Positions 39,471 through 51,490 of a DNA stretch of 64,000 bases are shown one piece after another. The position numbers and the translations under genes were made by a program. The notes under the pieces were generated by a model. That model did no database searches and was not told where the DNA came from. It saw only the letters and a program-made list of their open reading frames with translations. Source of the DNA: the human T2T-CHM13v2.0 reference genome, Homo sapiens; the NCBI RefSeq assembly GCF_009914755.1, contig NC_060939.1; one strand, written 5' to 3'. The number at the start of each line of letters is the position of its first letter. Position 1 is the stretch's first letter.

Positions 39471-40304
39471 AAAGATTCTGTCCTGGTGGAATGATAACAG
39501 TTCTGGTTTGAATGAATTAAATCCTTCTCGGGACACAAGACCTTCAAGTGTCTCTAACTGCATTGCCTTTTTGGTTCCAGGGTCAAGGAAGCAACAAGAA
39601 AAAGGATGCTTGCCACCTAGATTGATATCTAGGTGATAAAATATCAGGAGAGCAAAACTCAGACACAGGGCATTGGATCCCATGCCAGGAGCCCAGGAAC
39701 CAGGAGACACAACAGAGCTGCAGGGGGAAGCTGACACAGAATAGACAAGCGCGGGCAGATCCCTGGGACACAGGCCAGGTTGACAGGGAATTGCAGCATG
39801 GCTTATGTGTACAAAGAGGAAATGGGCATGTCAGAATCAACATGGAGAGGCCAGTTATGCCCAGACGGATGTCCTATACAACCTTCTATAAAATATGCCA
39901 TATTTACCTGATGCAGCTCTAGGGCCACTCACTGGAAGGACATAAGATCTACTGGAGACATAGCTTATCCCAGTTATTCCCTGCCCTGACATTTTTACAG
40001 AGAGACACCTAGAACCAGCTTCATAGATACTTTTCCCACTGCCACAAGTAGGCAGGCTGAGAGACTTCCACTGTGAAGCTTAGTGGACCCCTTTTGAAGC
40101 CATAAATCCCAGGTACCTCTGCAGGGCAGGTGCCTAGAGGGATTCAAAGAGCCTCTCCTGCTCTCCCACCTTCCCTCAGGTGGAAGGTGCTGGCAGGAGG
40201 AGTCAGCATAGACTATAGGATATGATCAACTTAATGGGCTCTGCCACAGCACTGAGATCTGAAGCCTAGTGTGTTGGCAGAGGAGTGGAAGATATACCCA
40301 TTCT

Positions 40305-40500
40305 AGAACCCTGCTGCTGAAGCAGAATCCACAGACCAACAGTGTTGGGCTCACCTGGGAGCTGGTTAGGAACTGCAGACTGTGTGGACCAGTCACCTAG
40401 GGGACTTGTTCAATGCTGGACTCTGATTCAGGAGGTCTGGGGCAAGTCCTGAGAGTCTGCATCTCTCCCTGATGACTCTGCTGCTGCTGATTCCACAACA
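40305..40500. mobile_element. MER5A-like DNA transposon (rearranged)
   Basis: 'ctcacctgggagctggttag', 'ctctgattcaggaggtctgggg...gagagtctgcat'. Confidence 0.6.
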
Positions 40501-40869
40501 AGCATGAACACCTGATCATTTCACTGCAGGTTACTCTCTCCATTTTTAAGGAAATGTTTTTAAAATTGGAAAACATGGTTCAGTATTCTTGGGAAATCCA
40601 TCTCATTATTCTAGGGACAAACAAGGCTGAAGTCCATGAGGGCAGGGGAGTAATAGTAGAGGGAGCAGTAGGTTGAGAGGAGAGAATTGTTAATAATAAT
40701 AGTTGTTCTGAATCCAGCTGTTTATGCATGAATCAGACTTGTGCATGTCTTCTAGTAGTCAATTCTTTCCATCTCTCAGGTGCTCTGTGTTTTTATATTG
40801 TTACTATTGTTCATTATCATTATTATGGCAGTTAGGATATAAGATTTGGGGAGGGGTCAGGGAGACAGC

Positions 40870-41000
40870 TCCCCTAGTTACTAGTTGTGTGACCTTGGGC
40901 AAGTCACTTAACCTCTCTGAGCTCCAGCCTTCTCATCTGTAAAATGAGGATAATAGTTATGCCTCCCTCCTTGAGTTGCTGTGAGACCGAAATGGAGTTA
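40870..41000 (-). mobile_element. MIR
   Basis: 'tgtgtgaccttgggcaagtcacttaacctctctgagctccagccttctcatctgtaaaatgaggataata'. Confidence 0.9.
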
Positions 41001-41619
41001 AACAGACTATGGGTTTAAGCAGTAATGATCTAGTCAGATGTTAATTGTTGGCACTGCTGTTAGGTATTATACTACACTGAGACACTTGTCCCGGAGAGGA
41101 CTTGTGAGATGCCTTTTCCTTAAGCAGTAGAGAGAAATTGAATCCTTGATGTTAAAATACAAAGTCTATGAACAGGTCAGAGTAGGGGAATTATTGGAAT
41201 AAAGTAAGCAATTTTTCTGAATTAAGTAGGTAACTACTTCTAAAAGTTTGACATGCCTCTGAGAATACATTCACTCAGTGGACTCTGGAGAAGAATTTGC
41301 CAGGTTTGAGTATCCTGACCTTACTTTTTGTCCTTGTCAAGTGATGAGACCACAACTGGACTCTCTTTCAGTGGCCCAGTAGTCAGAGCCTGGTCCTGTG
41401 CCTGGCTCATGGGACTCACCTGATGCCAAAGTCCTGTGTCATGTTGCTGATTCAAGTGCGAAGAAATGATGCTATCAGAAGAGGATAGAAAATATTTAGG
41501 AACTGACAAGAAAGTGAATATGCCCAACTCATGTCAATATCTCATTACTTCTTTCTATTGCTTGTTAAAATTTGGAATAGAAGGGAGGAAGGACAGGGAA
41601 GTAAGATCTGATTTACAGT

Positions 41620-41840
41620 ACTCTACGAGTCCATTTTAGATGCTATTATCCCATTTAATTTTCACAACAACATTATGGGTTAGATAAAATTTCCACGGTT
41701 TCAGAATTGAGGAGACTGAAGCTCACACAGGTTAAATTACATGTTTGTCTAAGCTAACCCAGCTCGTAAATGATGGGGCTGGGATTCAAACTCAGGTCTG
41801 GCCTGACTCCAAAGCCCATAGTCTTTCCATCATATCTTGC
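41620..41840 (+). mobile_element. MIR
   Basis: 'gaggagactgaagctcacacaggttaaa...gctgggattcaaactcaggtctggcctgactccaaagccc'. Confidence 0.85.
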
Positions 41841-41931
41841 TGCTTCCTGAGAAAGACACCAATTTGAGACATGAACAGCAGCTACACAAATGGTGTCGAT
41901 ACACTGTGGGTTCTCAAAGCTTTATGTAAGG

Positions 41932-42118
41932 CAATTGCTCTCAGATATTAGCATGCATCAGAATCACCCAGAGGGCTTGTTACAACACAGATTACTGGGC
42001 TCATCCCCAGGGTTTCTGAATCAGTTTGCTTGGGGTGGGGCCAGAAAGTCTGCCTTTCTAACAAGCTCCAGTTGATGCTGATGCTGTAGTCCGAGGACCA
42101 CACTTTAAGAACCAGTGG
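41932..42118. mobile_element. MER5A DNA transposon
   Basis: 'gcatcagaatcacc...ttctaacaagctcc..tgatgctgatgctg...ggaccacactttaagaaccagtg'. Confidence 0.85.
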
Positions 42119-42126
42119 CTTATAGA

Positions 42127-42615
42127 AGTGGTTTCAAACTTGGCTGCACATGAGAATCACTTTGGGAATTTAAAAATGTCAATGTCTAGGATGCACCCCA
42201 TATCAATTATATCAGAATTTTTTGGGGTAGGACCAAGACATCAGTGATTTCTAAAACTCCTCAGGTGAGCCAGGAGTGGTGGCTCATGCCTGTAAAAATA
42301 ATCCCAGTACTTTGGGCGGCCCAGGTAGGAGGACCACTTGAGGCCACGAATTGAAAACCAGTTTGGGCATCATAGTGATACCACTTATCTACAAAAAAAA
42401 AAAAAATTAATCAGGCATGATGGTGCATGCCTGCAGTCCTAGCTACTTGGGAGGATGAGGCAAGAGAATTGCTTAAGTCCAGGAGTTCAAGGTTACAGTG
42501 AGCTGTGACTGCACCACTACACTTCAGTGTGGGTGACAGAGTGAGACTCTATCTCTAAAAAGAAACAAAAAAACTCCTCAGGTGATTCAAATGCACAGAC
42601 AAGTTTGAAAACCTG
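42127..42615. mobile_element. MER5B DNA transposon, interrupted by an Alu
   Basis: 'gtggtttcaaacttggctgcacatgagaatcac'...'ctcctcaggtgattcaaatgcacag..aagtttgaaaacc'. Confidence 0.75.
42269..42572 (+). mobile_element. AluJ with 16-bp TSD
   Basis: TSD aaaactcctcaggtga at 42253-42268 and 42570-42585; diverged dimer. Confidence 0.95.
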
Positions 42616-44872
42616 TGAGTGATGTATGGCCATGATGATCCAATCAGTGGATTTAGCTGAACATCTGTGAAATATTGATAGTTGTTGTTCTTAAAGTTAT
42701 AGTATAGGGAGGAGGAGCAAGACTGTTTTTTCTGGGGAGGCTTCTTGGGTGGAGAAACCCACTCAGAATCTATGAATGCAAAGTTCAGTAAGAAAAAGCT
42801 CTACTTCACCACGTTTTCTGTTTCCTATTCCATTTTGAAGGAAACCAGTAGCCTGCTCTCTCCCGCCTCTGTGAGCAACTTCTTTAGCAACTCTCCTGCG
42901 TTCAGGGCCGGAGCCTGTGGTTTAGAAGAAACAGAGTGCAAATCAAGCTTAATTGCAGTCTTCGGCTCATAAACTAAAAGTAAGCAAACTTGATTATGCT
43001 AATGCCATGCAGAACAGCGTGACAACATCCAAACTTTGTGGTAGATTTAAAATCAGAAATGTATGTTGTGTTTTTTTCCCCCCAATCTTGTGAACCTTCC
43101 CTGCCACACTGTTTACCTGCTTTTTCAGTCATGTGTTAGAAGCTTATGGGTTCTTAATTTTTAATAAATGAGATATTGATTTGTTTTGCAAAATGCTCCA
43201 GCAGGTAAACTTTAATTGACTGTTCCTAAAGACCCAGGTTATAAAAAAGCCATCAGACTCCACAATTACACTTTGAGTGTTTTTTCTTTGGACTTCAGGA
43301 GAAGTTAAAAAGCATTCCTGCCTCAGTGGCATCCTTTGGAATCCTTTGACCTCCTTAAGAACAAAGCTGTGCTCATTCCCAGAGGAGCTGTCCAATAGAA
43401 CTCTGCCCTCTCACATCCCGTCATTTCCAGAGTGACTTTTTTATCTCAGACATTTCAGCTTGACTTGAGGAGGGTCAGAGCGGGGTATCTTTGCTCTGTT
43501 CAAGATCACATATTAGGGAGGAGAAAAGAAGCAGCAATTTTCTAGGGCATCTAGAAGTCAACTGCTTCATGCTGATCAAGGAAAGGGTGAGGTTTCAGAA
43601 TGTGAAGAGATTCTTGGTGCCTGGTGGCCAGTTCACTTTAGCAGATCTCTCTATGAGATACTTTGTAAAATCACATCCTTGCTTTGCAACTTATTGAAAT
43701 GGGTTGCTCATTGACAGCAAAGAAGGGAGACAGAGGAGATGGCAGGTCAGAGGGTAGGGAGGATCATCTGAGCACTACATTCCAGACTCTGTATTTTCTG
43801 TCAGATAATTAAACATTAACTTTTGACACTAAAATTTAAAAATATGGCTATTAAACTAATGCACAAGGCCATCAGGCTAAATAGGAAAGCCTATTTGTAG
43901 TTGCATTCTTGATCCTGGGGCTATACCTTTGGGTTTTGAGGCATGGACTGAAATGTGCATTTTTCAAAATATGGCAAAACCCAGGACTTAACGCCATCAG
44001 TAAGTCCTAAACAGTTTATGAATCAGTTCATTCAGGAGGTCCCACATTCACACTGCAGTAACATTCTCAGTGGCCCTCAAGCCATTCCCAGCCAAATGCT
44101 CTACAGACATCCTGAACAGATTAGTGCCAGCATTTGGTGGTGGGTACACGTAATTGCCTACTTACTGTTTCCTTAATTTGATTATTATCTTCCCCCAGTT
44201 TGGCCTACCTGCTGTAATAGTGGTTATCCTGTCAAGAGGAATTATTTCATACTGTGCAAAGATTCTGTCAGGGCAGCATATGGTGCTATGCAAATGAGTA
44301 AGGATGCTGCAAATCACCTCAAGTGGAACCTAAACGGGATGACATTGGCTGATACCATCAAGCCAGGAAACCTCAATTAAACAAACTGCCAAATAATCAC
44401 TAGCCCCTGGTAAGTGAAACTAATATGATTTTCTTTGTTTTCTCAGATAGACACATTCACTTTTATATATTTGTAAAAATGATAGCTGCTGATGGAAAAA
44501 AAATTTCACGCAATAAAGAGTACAAAGAGCAAAGTAAGGAAATCATGGGGAGGCACCCCAGCTAAGGAGCCTCTCACAGAGGTTTTAGGAAACTTTAGGG
44601 ACCATGATTCTGGCTATCTATACACAGAAGGAAGGAGATCTGAAAGCAAATTTCACAAAAAATGAAGTTACTGTGCAAACTATTTTTATTAAAATATATT
44701 AAGCTTCATTTATCTAAACGTTCATAATTTATAAGCAAATAAAGTAAGATAAAGTACATTGGTCTTCACATAAAAGAGTTTTAAGTTTCTAAAAGATGCC
44801 TACCGTTTGAAAGAGAAGATTATGGACAGCATTAAGAGACTGAGAATAATTTTTTTTTAAGTTCTCTATTCT

Positions 44873-45135
44873 GTCTGGGTGCTGTGGCTCATGCCTGTAA
44901 TCCCAGCACTTTGGGAGGCAGAGGTGGGCAGATTACTTGAGGTCAGGAGTTCGAGACCAGCCTGAACAACATGATGAAACCTGTCTCTACTAAAAATACA
45001 AAAATTAGCCATGCATGGTGGCACACGCCTGTAATCACAGCTACCTTCAGGGCTGAGGCAGGAGAATCACTTGATCTCAGGTGACACAGAAAGACTACGT
45101 CTTGCAAAAAAATAAATAAATAAAATAAAATAAAT
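44873..45135 (+). mobile_element. Alu (AluS) with an internal deletion in the right arm
   Basis: 'ggagaatcacttga' runs almost directly into 'gtgacacagaaagactacgtct' and the tail. Confidence 0.92.
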
Positions 45136-45949
45136 CCCTATTTTGACTTTAGACAGTGATTATTGATCCTTGCAATAAATTATAAGGAAATTAACACACA
45201 GCTCTCTCTCCATCTCGTGATTATTACTGGTTCTATGCTATGTGGTCTGGCTTTAACATTTGTGAGGTTGTAGCAAAGGTAAAATGAAAACTCACTTTCC
45301 CTATGCCTAAACATTTAAATGTTATAAATGCTAACTGTTAAATGAAATACACTTTATCCTCCTACCTTGACAAATATACCTTTATAATTACAAAATGGAA
45401 AAACACATGTATGTGTAAAATGATAGTTTTTTTTTAATATGGTTAAAAGTTGGGAAATATTGTAGAGAAGCGAATATAATTATTTTTAATCCTACTGATG
45501 TATTTCAATGTTTAAGTAATAAAATGAAGACATACATAATTTACCAAGTATTATGTATTTATTTTTTGTACTTTAGAAAAATCCCATATTATGTTTTTAT
45601 AATTGAGATTTTAACATAATTTGTTTTCTACTGGCAGTAATGAACCAAAGCATTCAAAATAAAATGTAATTTTCATATAATACATGAATATGTTTAAAGC
45701 CAAAGTGTCAATTAAAGTAGACATAGAAATTAAAAATCAAAATTATTTTTCATATGGATTTTCCCCTGAGTTGTCAGTTGTAGTTTATCATTGAATGCTG
45801 TCACTTAGATTTTTTTTCTTGTAGTTACGATTTGCTTAAATGTCATAAGAGTCTTGCCTTATAGTGTAAGTTACTTGGATATAGAAAATGTCATATCCGT
45901 TTTTTGCTGACACAGTGTTTTGCATTGCCTGACAATAAGTGCCACATAA

Positions 45950-46311
<362 letters not shown>

Positions 46312-46359
46312 TCTATATTTGAATATTTTAAGACTCCATTTGTTTTGTGTCACATAGGA

Positions 46360-46535
46360 GAGGCAGTATAACATAGAAGTTTAGAATATGGACCCTGAAG
46401 CCAGACCATTGGTTTCAAATCTCAGCTCTGCCGTTTACCTCAATGTGAGCTTGGATAAGTTACTGAACCTCCTTGTGCCTTGTTTTCCTCACCTATGAGA
46501 TGGAGACCTACTTTCATAGGGTTTTTATAAGGAGT
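46360..46535 (-). mobile_element. MIR
   Basis: 'ggtttcaaatctcagctctgcc...ttggataagttactgaacctccttgtgcct'. Confidence 0.75.
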
Positions 46536-47991
46536 AGCATATATAAGATAAGTCATATATGTCACATATATGTGTCTACCTTCCATATTTATCATTTTGT
46601 TGCTATTACTTTATTTTTTTAATTCAAAATTAAAATTAAATTTTTATTGTTATTTAAGATAATTTCATCAAGTGTGTAAGCAATGTCTCTGACAATGCTT
46701 ATATCCAATTTTTTTCCAGTTCTTGTTTATGTGGCCTTCCTCTTTGCAATAGTTCTATTCTCTCTTCCATTTCTTTTCTATGCTCTTCCAGCTCAGTTTT
46801 CAACTTTTTAAGTGGTCTTACCCCATCTTTTCTTTGATATTCCTATTTCTTTTCTTTTTGAGCTTTTTTAGCTTCAGAAAGTCCATGCCATCTTTCATTT
46901 TTCTAAGGCTCTAGGGCACTATTTTGTGAACTCTTCTGCTTTCTATGATAATAAATTGATTTGTACTTATGTTAGATACTCTACTTAAACTAACTAAGTG
47001 TAAAGGGGCATGCATTTGCTCATAGCACTGAAAAGTCCTAAGGCAATGTAGCTTTAGAAACATCTGAGATCTCCACTGTTTCTTAAGCTGTTTACAAGTG
47101 ATAGCCATGATGGCTGCTCTTAACCCAAGACTCATATTCTACTGCTTAGCAATGCAGTTAAGAAAAAAGCATCTTTTCTCAGAGCACTGATAGAGAAATG
47201 CCAGGGAAGACTCTGCTTGGCCCAGATTTTGTCACATGCCCATTCCTGAAGGTATCGTCTGACTAGGCAAATGGTTGTTTTGATTGGTCAGATTTGGGTT
47301 ACATACTTCTGGCTGGAAAAGTAGGAGAAAGAGATTGGTAATCACACTGGAGCCACATGAAATGAGAGGGGTTAGTTCCCAGCTCAAAAAGTGGGTATTA
47401 TCAGTAAATTTAGGAGAAGGAACATGTTGACTATGTGCCTCTGCATATGTTTCTTCCCTGGATTTCCACCGCAAGAATCAATGCATACGTTCTACATGGC
47501 TTCTTTTCTGTTTAATGACAATCTTTGAATGAAGCTTTCTCCACTGAAGCCAACTGGAATATCACCTAGAAAGGGAGGACGAGTGAATTGGTCAAGTTCA
47601 TGGTTTTAGTCGAAATGTGCTATCTTGATGATTTTCTCACTGAATTTGCTACACCTCCCCAGGAGTAAGTCATCCTCCTGTTTTCAGTAATTCCACCTTC
47701 TGAGAATGCAAGAAGTCAGTGAAGTTCACAGTAATGCCACCCAAATCTCAAAGACCCTCTGTGTGATTATTGCTTCCCTTTCTCTGTCATCTGAGCATAT
47801 TTCTTGTAGTCTCCCTTTCATAGTAGACCCTTGCGTAGGCCTGAACGCTTTTTCCTTTGTATCTACCTATCATGTTGATGAGGAATTAATCCATATTGGT
47901 ACATTTCCTCACTATTCTAATGGCCCATCCAGGCCCCTAGATTATTGAACAAACCTTTTAGGATCGTGACATGTTTAGAGAAATGCTTGTC

Positions 47992-48290
47992 CAGCCAGGC
48001 GTGATGGCTCACACCTGTAATCCCAGCGTTTTGGGAGGCTGAGGCGGGCAGATCACTTGAGGCCAGGAATTCAAGACCAGCCTGGCCAACATGATGAAAC
48101 CCTGTCTCTACAAAACAACACAAAAATTAGCTGGGTGTGGTGGTGCACACCTGTAATCCCAGCTACTCAGGAGGCTGAGGCATGAGAATCGCTTGAACCC
48201 AGGAGGCGGAGGTTGCAATGAGATGAGATTGCACCACTGCACTCCAGCCTGGACAATCAAGTGAGACTCTGTCTCAAAAAAACAAACAGA
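47992..48290 (+). mobile_element. Alu (AluS/J), sense
   Basis: Full dimer; agaaatgc in both flanks. Confidence 0.96.
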
Positions 48291-48371
48291 AATGCATATC
48301 CTTCCTATAGGTTAGAGTACCATATATTGGTTTTTAGTGCTGTCTCACATTTTATCCCAAACTTCATTGTA

Positions 48372-48848
48372 TAGTGTACTAGGTGTCTGTCCCATGTAAA
48401 AAATTGCCCCAAAACTTAGAGGCAAAAAACAATAAATATTTATTATGCATGGTTTTGGGGAGTTAGAAGTTTGGAAGTGGCAAAGGGTCTTTATCTTGTG
48501 TCAAGATACCTGCTGGGAGGGCTGTCATTTGAAGGCCTGATGGAGCTGAAGCATCCACTTCCAATACGATTCACTCATAAGGCTGTTGCCACAGATCTTA
48601 GGCCTTCACCACACTGGTTTACCCATAGGCTGCCTCAGTCCACATGCCATGGCAACTGGCTGTCCCCAGCGCCAGTGATCCAAGCACACAAGCTAGAAAC
48701 CACACTGTCTTTTATGACTTTGCTTCAGAAATTGCACTCCATCCTTTCTGCAGTATCCTTTTGGTTACAGATGTCAGCCCTATTCCATGTGGGAGAGGAT
48801 GCTAACAAGGGTATGAATCCTGGGTCAGCTCAGAGGCTGCCCACCACA
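48372..48848 (-). mobile_element. MLT1F/G-like MaLR LTR
   Basis: Minus strand starts tgtggtgggcagcct; 'ccccaaaacttagaggc..aaaacaataaatatttatt' at the LTR 3' end. Confidence 0.75.
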
Positions 48849-50186
48849 GGCAGATAGTCCTCATGGTTTAATAACAGAAACAGCTTCAAGGCTTTTCTCT
48901 GTCACTTAGTAGCTCTTTTTGTTATTATAGAATGGGCAGACAATATATCAAAATTTGGAGATAAATGCAGTGCATATCCTGGAGATGACTAAAACAAGTT
49001 TCATGTTAAACCTGCACCAGTCTGTAGGCATGCCACACGCAGAAGCAGGTCCCTAGCAGAGACTGAGTATCCCAGTTTGGAGTCACATCCATTGTATTTC
49101 CCCATAAGCAGAAGAGAAGCTAGAGTCTCACTTGAGCCAGCACTCCCTCTTTCTCCCTTTCAAACCAAATTCAAATGTGTGATCCTAGCTGCTGGAGGCT
49201 GCTGGCTGAAGGGACAATTTCCTGTCTAAACACATGTTGTGTTTCCCTTCGAAACTGGGGGCTTGAACACCACCCATCAGCTTCCAGATAAAGTTCCTTT
49301 TGACCTCATATCTGGCCTGCACATATCATCCACAGGCAGGGCCAGCCACAAGCAGTCTGTGGAAGCCTCACCTCTCAGCACCTTCCCCTTCTCAGCACCC
49401 AACTCCCTGCCCTCCCAGGTGCCTTTTCTGTTTTCTTTTCTCACAGATCTTGTTTTTAGCTAGCTGTCATTTAGCTGTCAACAAATTTCCTGGAGGCATT
49501 ACCTAATGGGTTATACATACTTAACTCACTCAGAGGCATTACATTTTAATAGGGCATATTTAAGGCAAACTCATCTTCAATACCCAAAGGAATACATCCT
49601 AAACAGCGAATTTTAAGCATCAGGACTGAAAAGGGTACTAGATAGGACCAGAGAGAGATTTTGCAGTTAAAAGGCTATAATCATTGCTTTTCCAGTCACT
49701 GGCCACTGGTATAATTTGCTTTGGGAGCTTAATCTTCATCCCTTTTTCTCCTATGTCCTCATTCACAGCTTGGTTTCCAGACCCAGGGCTCACACACCAT
49801 TTCTCCTCCAGAGTCTGTCCCAGCTCTCCTGGACAGCTACTCACATCCATTTGTGCCTTGCCCTGACAAATGCCTCTCTTTCCTATCTCTCTACCTTCAT
49901 TCCAGCAGTGCCTTCCTCATCTTTCTTCCTCCCTTCCCTGAATTTCAAAATTTGATCCATCTTCTGACTTCCAACATAAACATCCTCGTCTATAAAGACT
50001 TCCCCAAATTCTCCCAGGCCTATCTCATGACATCTGCCTTCCAGTGTCTCCTCCTAATACCCCCCGCCCCCACACCATACCCTCTGAAGACTTCAATGGA
50101 CCACATGCTTCCAGGAGGGGGAGGTCACCACGCACTGTTGCTCCTGCTCACCTTGGTATACTTGGCTCCCAGTATGAGCTTTAACA

Positions 50187-50270
50187 CTGTCCCCAGTGCC
50201 AGTGATCCAAGCACACAAGCTAGAAACCACACTGTCTTTTATGACTTTGCTTCAGAAATTGCACTCCATC
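50187..50270 (+). repeat. 84-bp direct copy of 48660-48743
   Basis: 83 of 84 positions identical by direct comparison. Confidence 0.95.
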
Positions 50271-51137
50271 TAGGCGCCTAATAGAAGCCTCATAGGTGTT
50301 TTTGGTTTGTTTTTATTTTTTTAAAATCAATACTTATAGTTTCTGCCATTAATTAACTCTGTGCATTTAGTCAAATCATTCCCATTTCTCTGGGCCTCAG
50401 GGTCCTCCATTTTAATATGAGGAAATTGGACAAGGATATTCTTAGCGCTTTCCAAATGATAAAACTCAATGCGAGAGGTTGGGCTTCATGTCCCAGTCTC
50501 TCCAATGTGAAGAATTCATATTTTCTTCACAGTATAAGAAGAGTGAGTTTGTTTTTAAGAGTACTGTTTACACATGTTTGTACAAATCAATCAACATTCC
50601 CATCTCTACTGACTCACATGGCCTGGAACGCAAGTTCACATACCAAAGAGAACTGAGAAGGGGGATGGGGGAAATAACTCTCCAATTTATCTAGGTAAGA
50701 GCACCACTCCTATTTTCACTCCATGAGTGTTATGCAAGGTCAGCCTCCCCCTCTGCAGAATGGGAGAGTTCTGGATGACTTCTCTGAACAGCATGGGGTC
50801 AAGGATGACTGCCAAGACATCAGATGTCATCACACCTGCCTTTCTCCTGGATGTCTTTTCTTATCATTACAGTTGAAATGCAAGAGAAACCCTAAAAGAA
50901 ATGTGAAGCTGAGAAGGACACAGCTCTCTGACCATGACCACAGGAAGTGGTAAGTGCAAACACGTTCCTCTGATGGTTTCACGTCGTTGCCTATTCTGTC
51001 CAGCCCTGATGGGTCTGAGCAAACACCCATTTTTAAGAGAATAAGAGGCCTGACATTTGCTGTCTCTACTGCTAAACCTTTTTCTTCTTTTGCACCCATA
51101 CTCTGTGCCTGGGGTAGACATTTTGGTGCTTGGGGTC

Positions 51138-51490
51138 TGTAGATGCCAGACCCAAATCCCTTTAACTAGCTGGTGACTTGACTTTACCTGCTATGAGGGG
51201 TATGTGCTAATGGCTCACAGCTTCCCCCTTCTCCAGATAACTGCCTTCGGAGGACAGGAGCCATCTTGCCAGCATCATTCCCTCAAGGCCCACAGCCAAT
51301 GCCTAAGGGACATGGGCTATAAAGGCCAACCTCCTATAAGGGCATAGCTGTTCTGTGTGGTGTGGGCTCCAGAACTTTCCTCCCATGGACCAGATTAAGA
51401 CTAGGCCTCACCTAAGACCAGATCCTTGCTATGCTTCTCCCACTGCCCTCTGCTGTGTCAGGCTCTGCCTGTAAGGAACCCAACCTAATT
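51138..51490. mobile_element. Probable ERVL LTR (LTR16-like)
   Basis: 'cagataactgcc..ggaggacaggagccatcttgcc...cacagccaatg', 'ggctccagaact', 'caggctctgcctgtaaggaaccca'. Confidence 0.5.
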
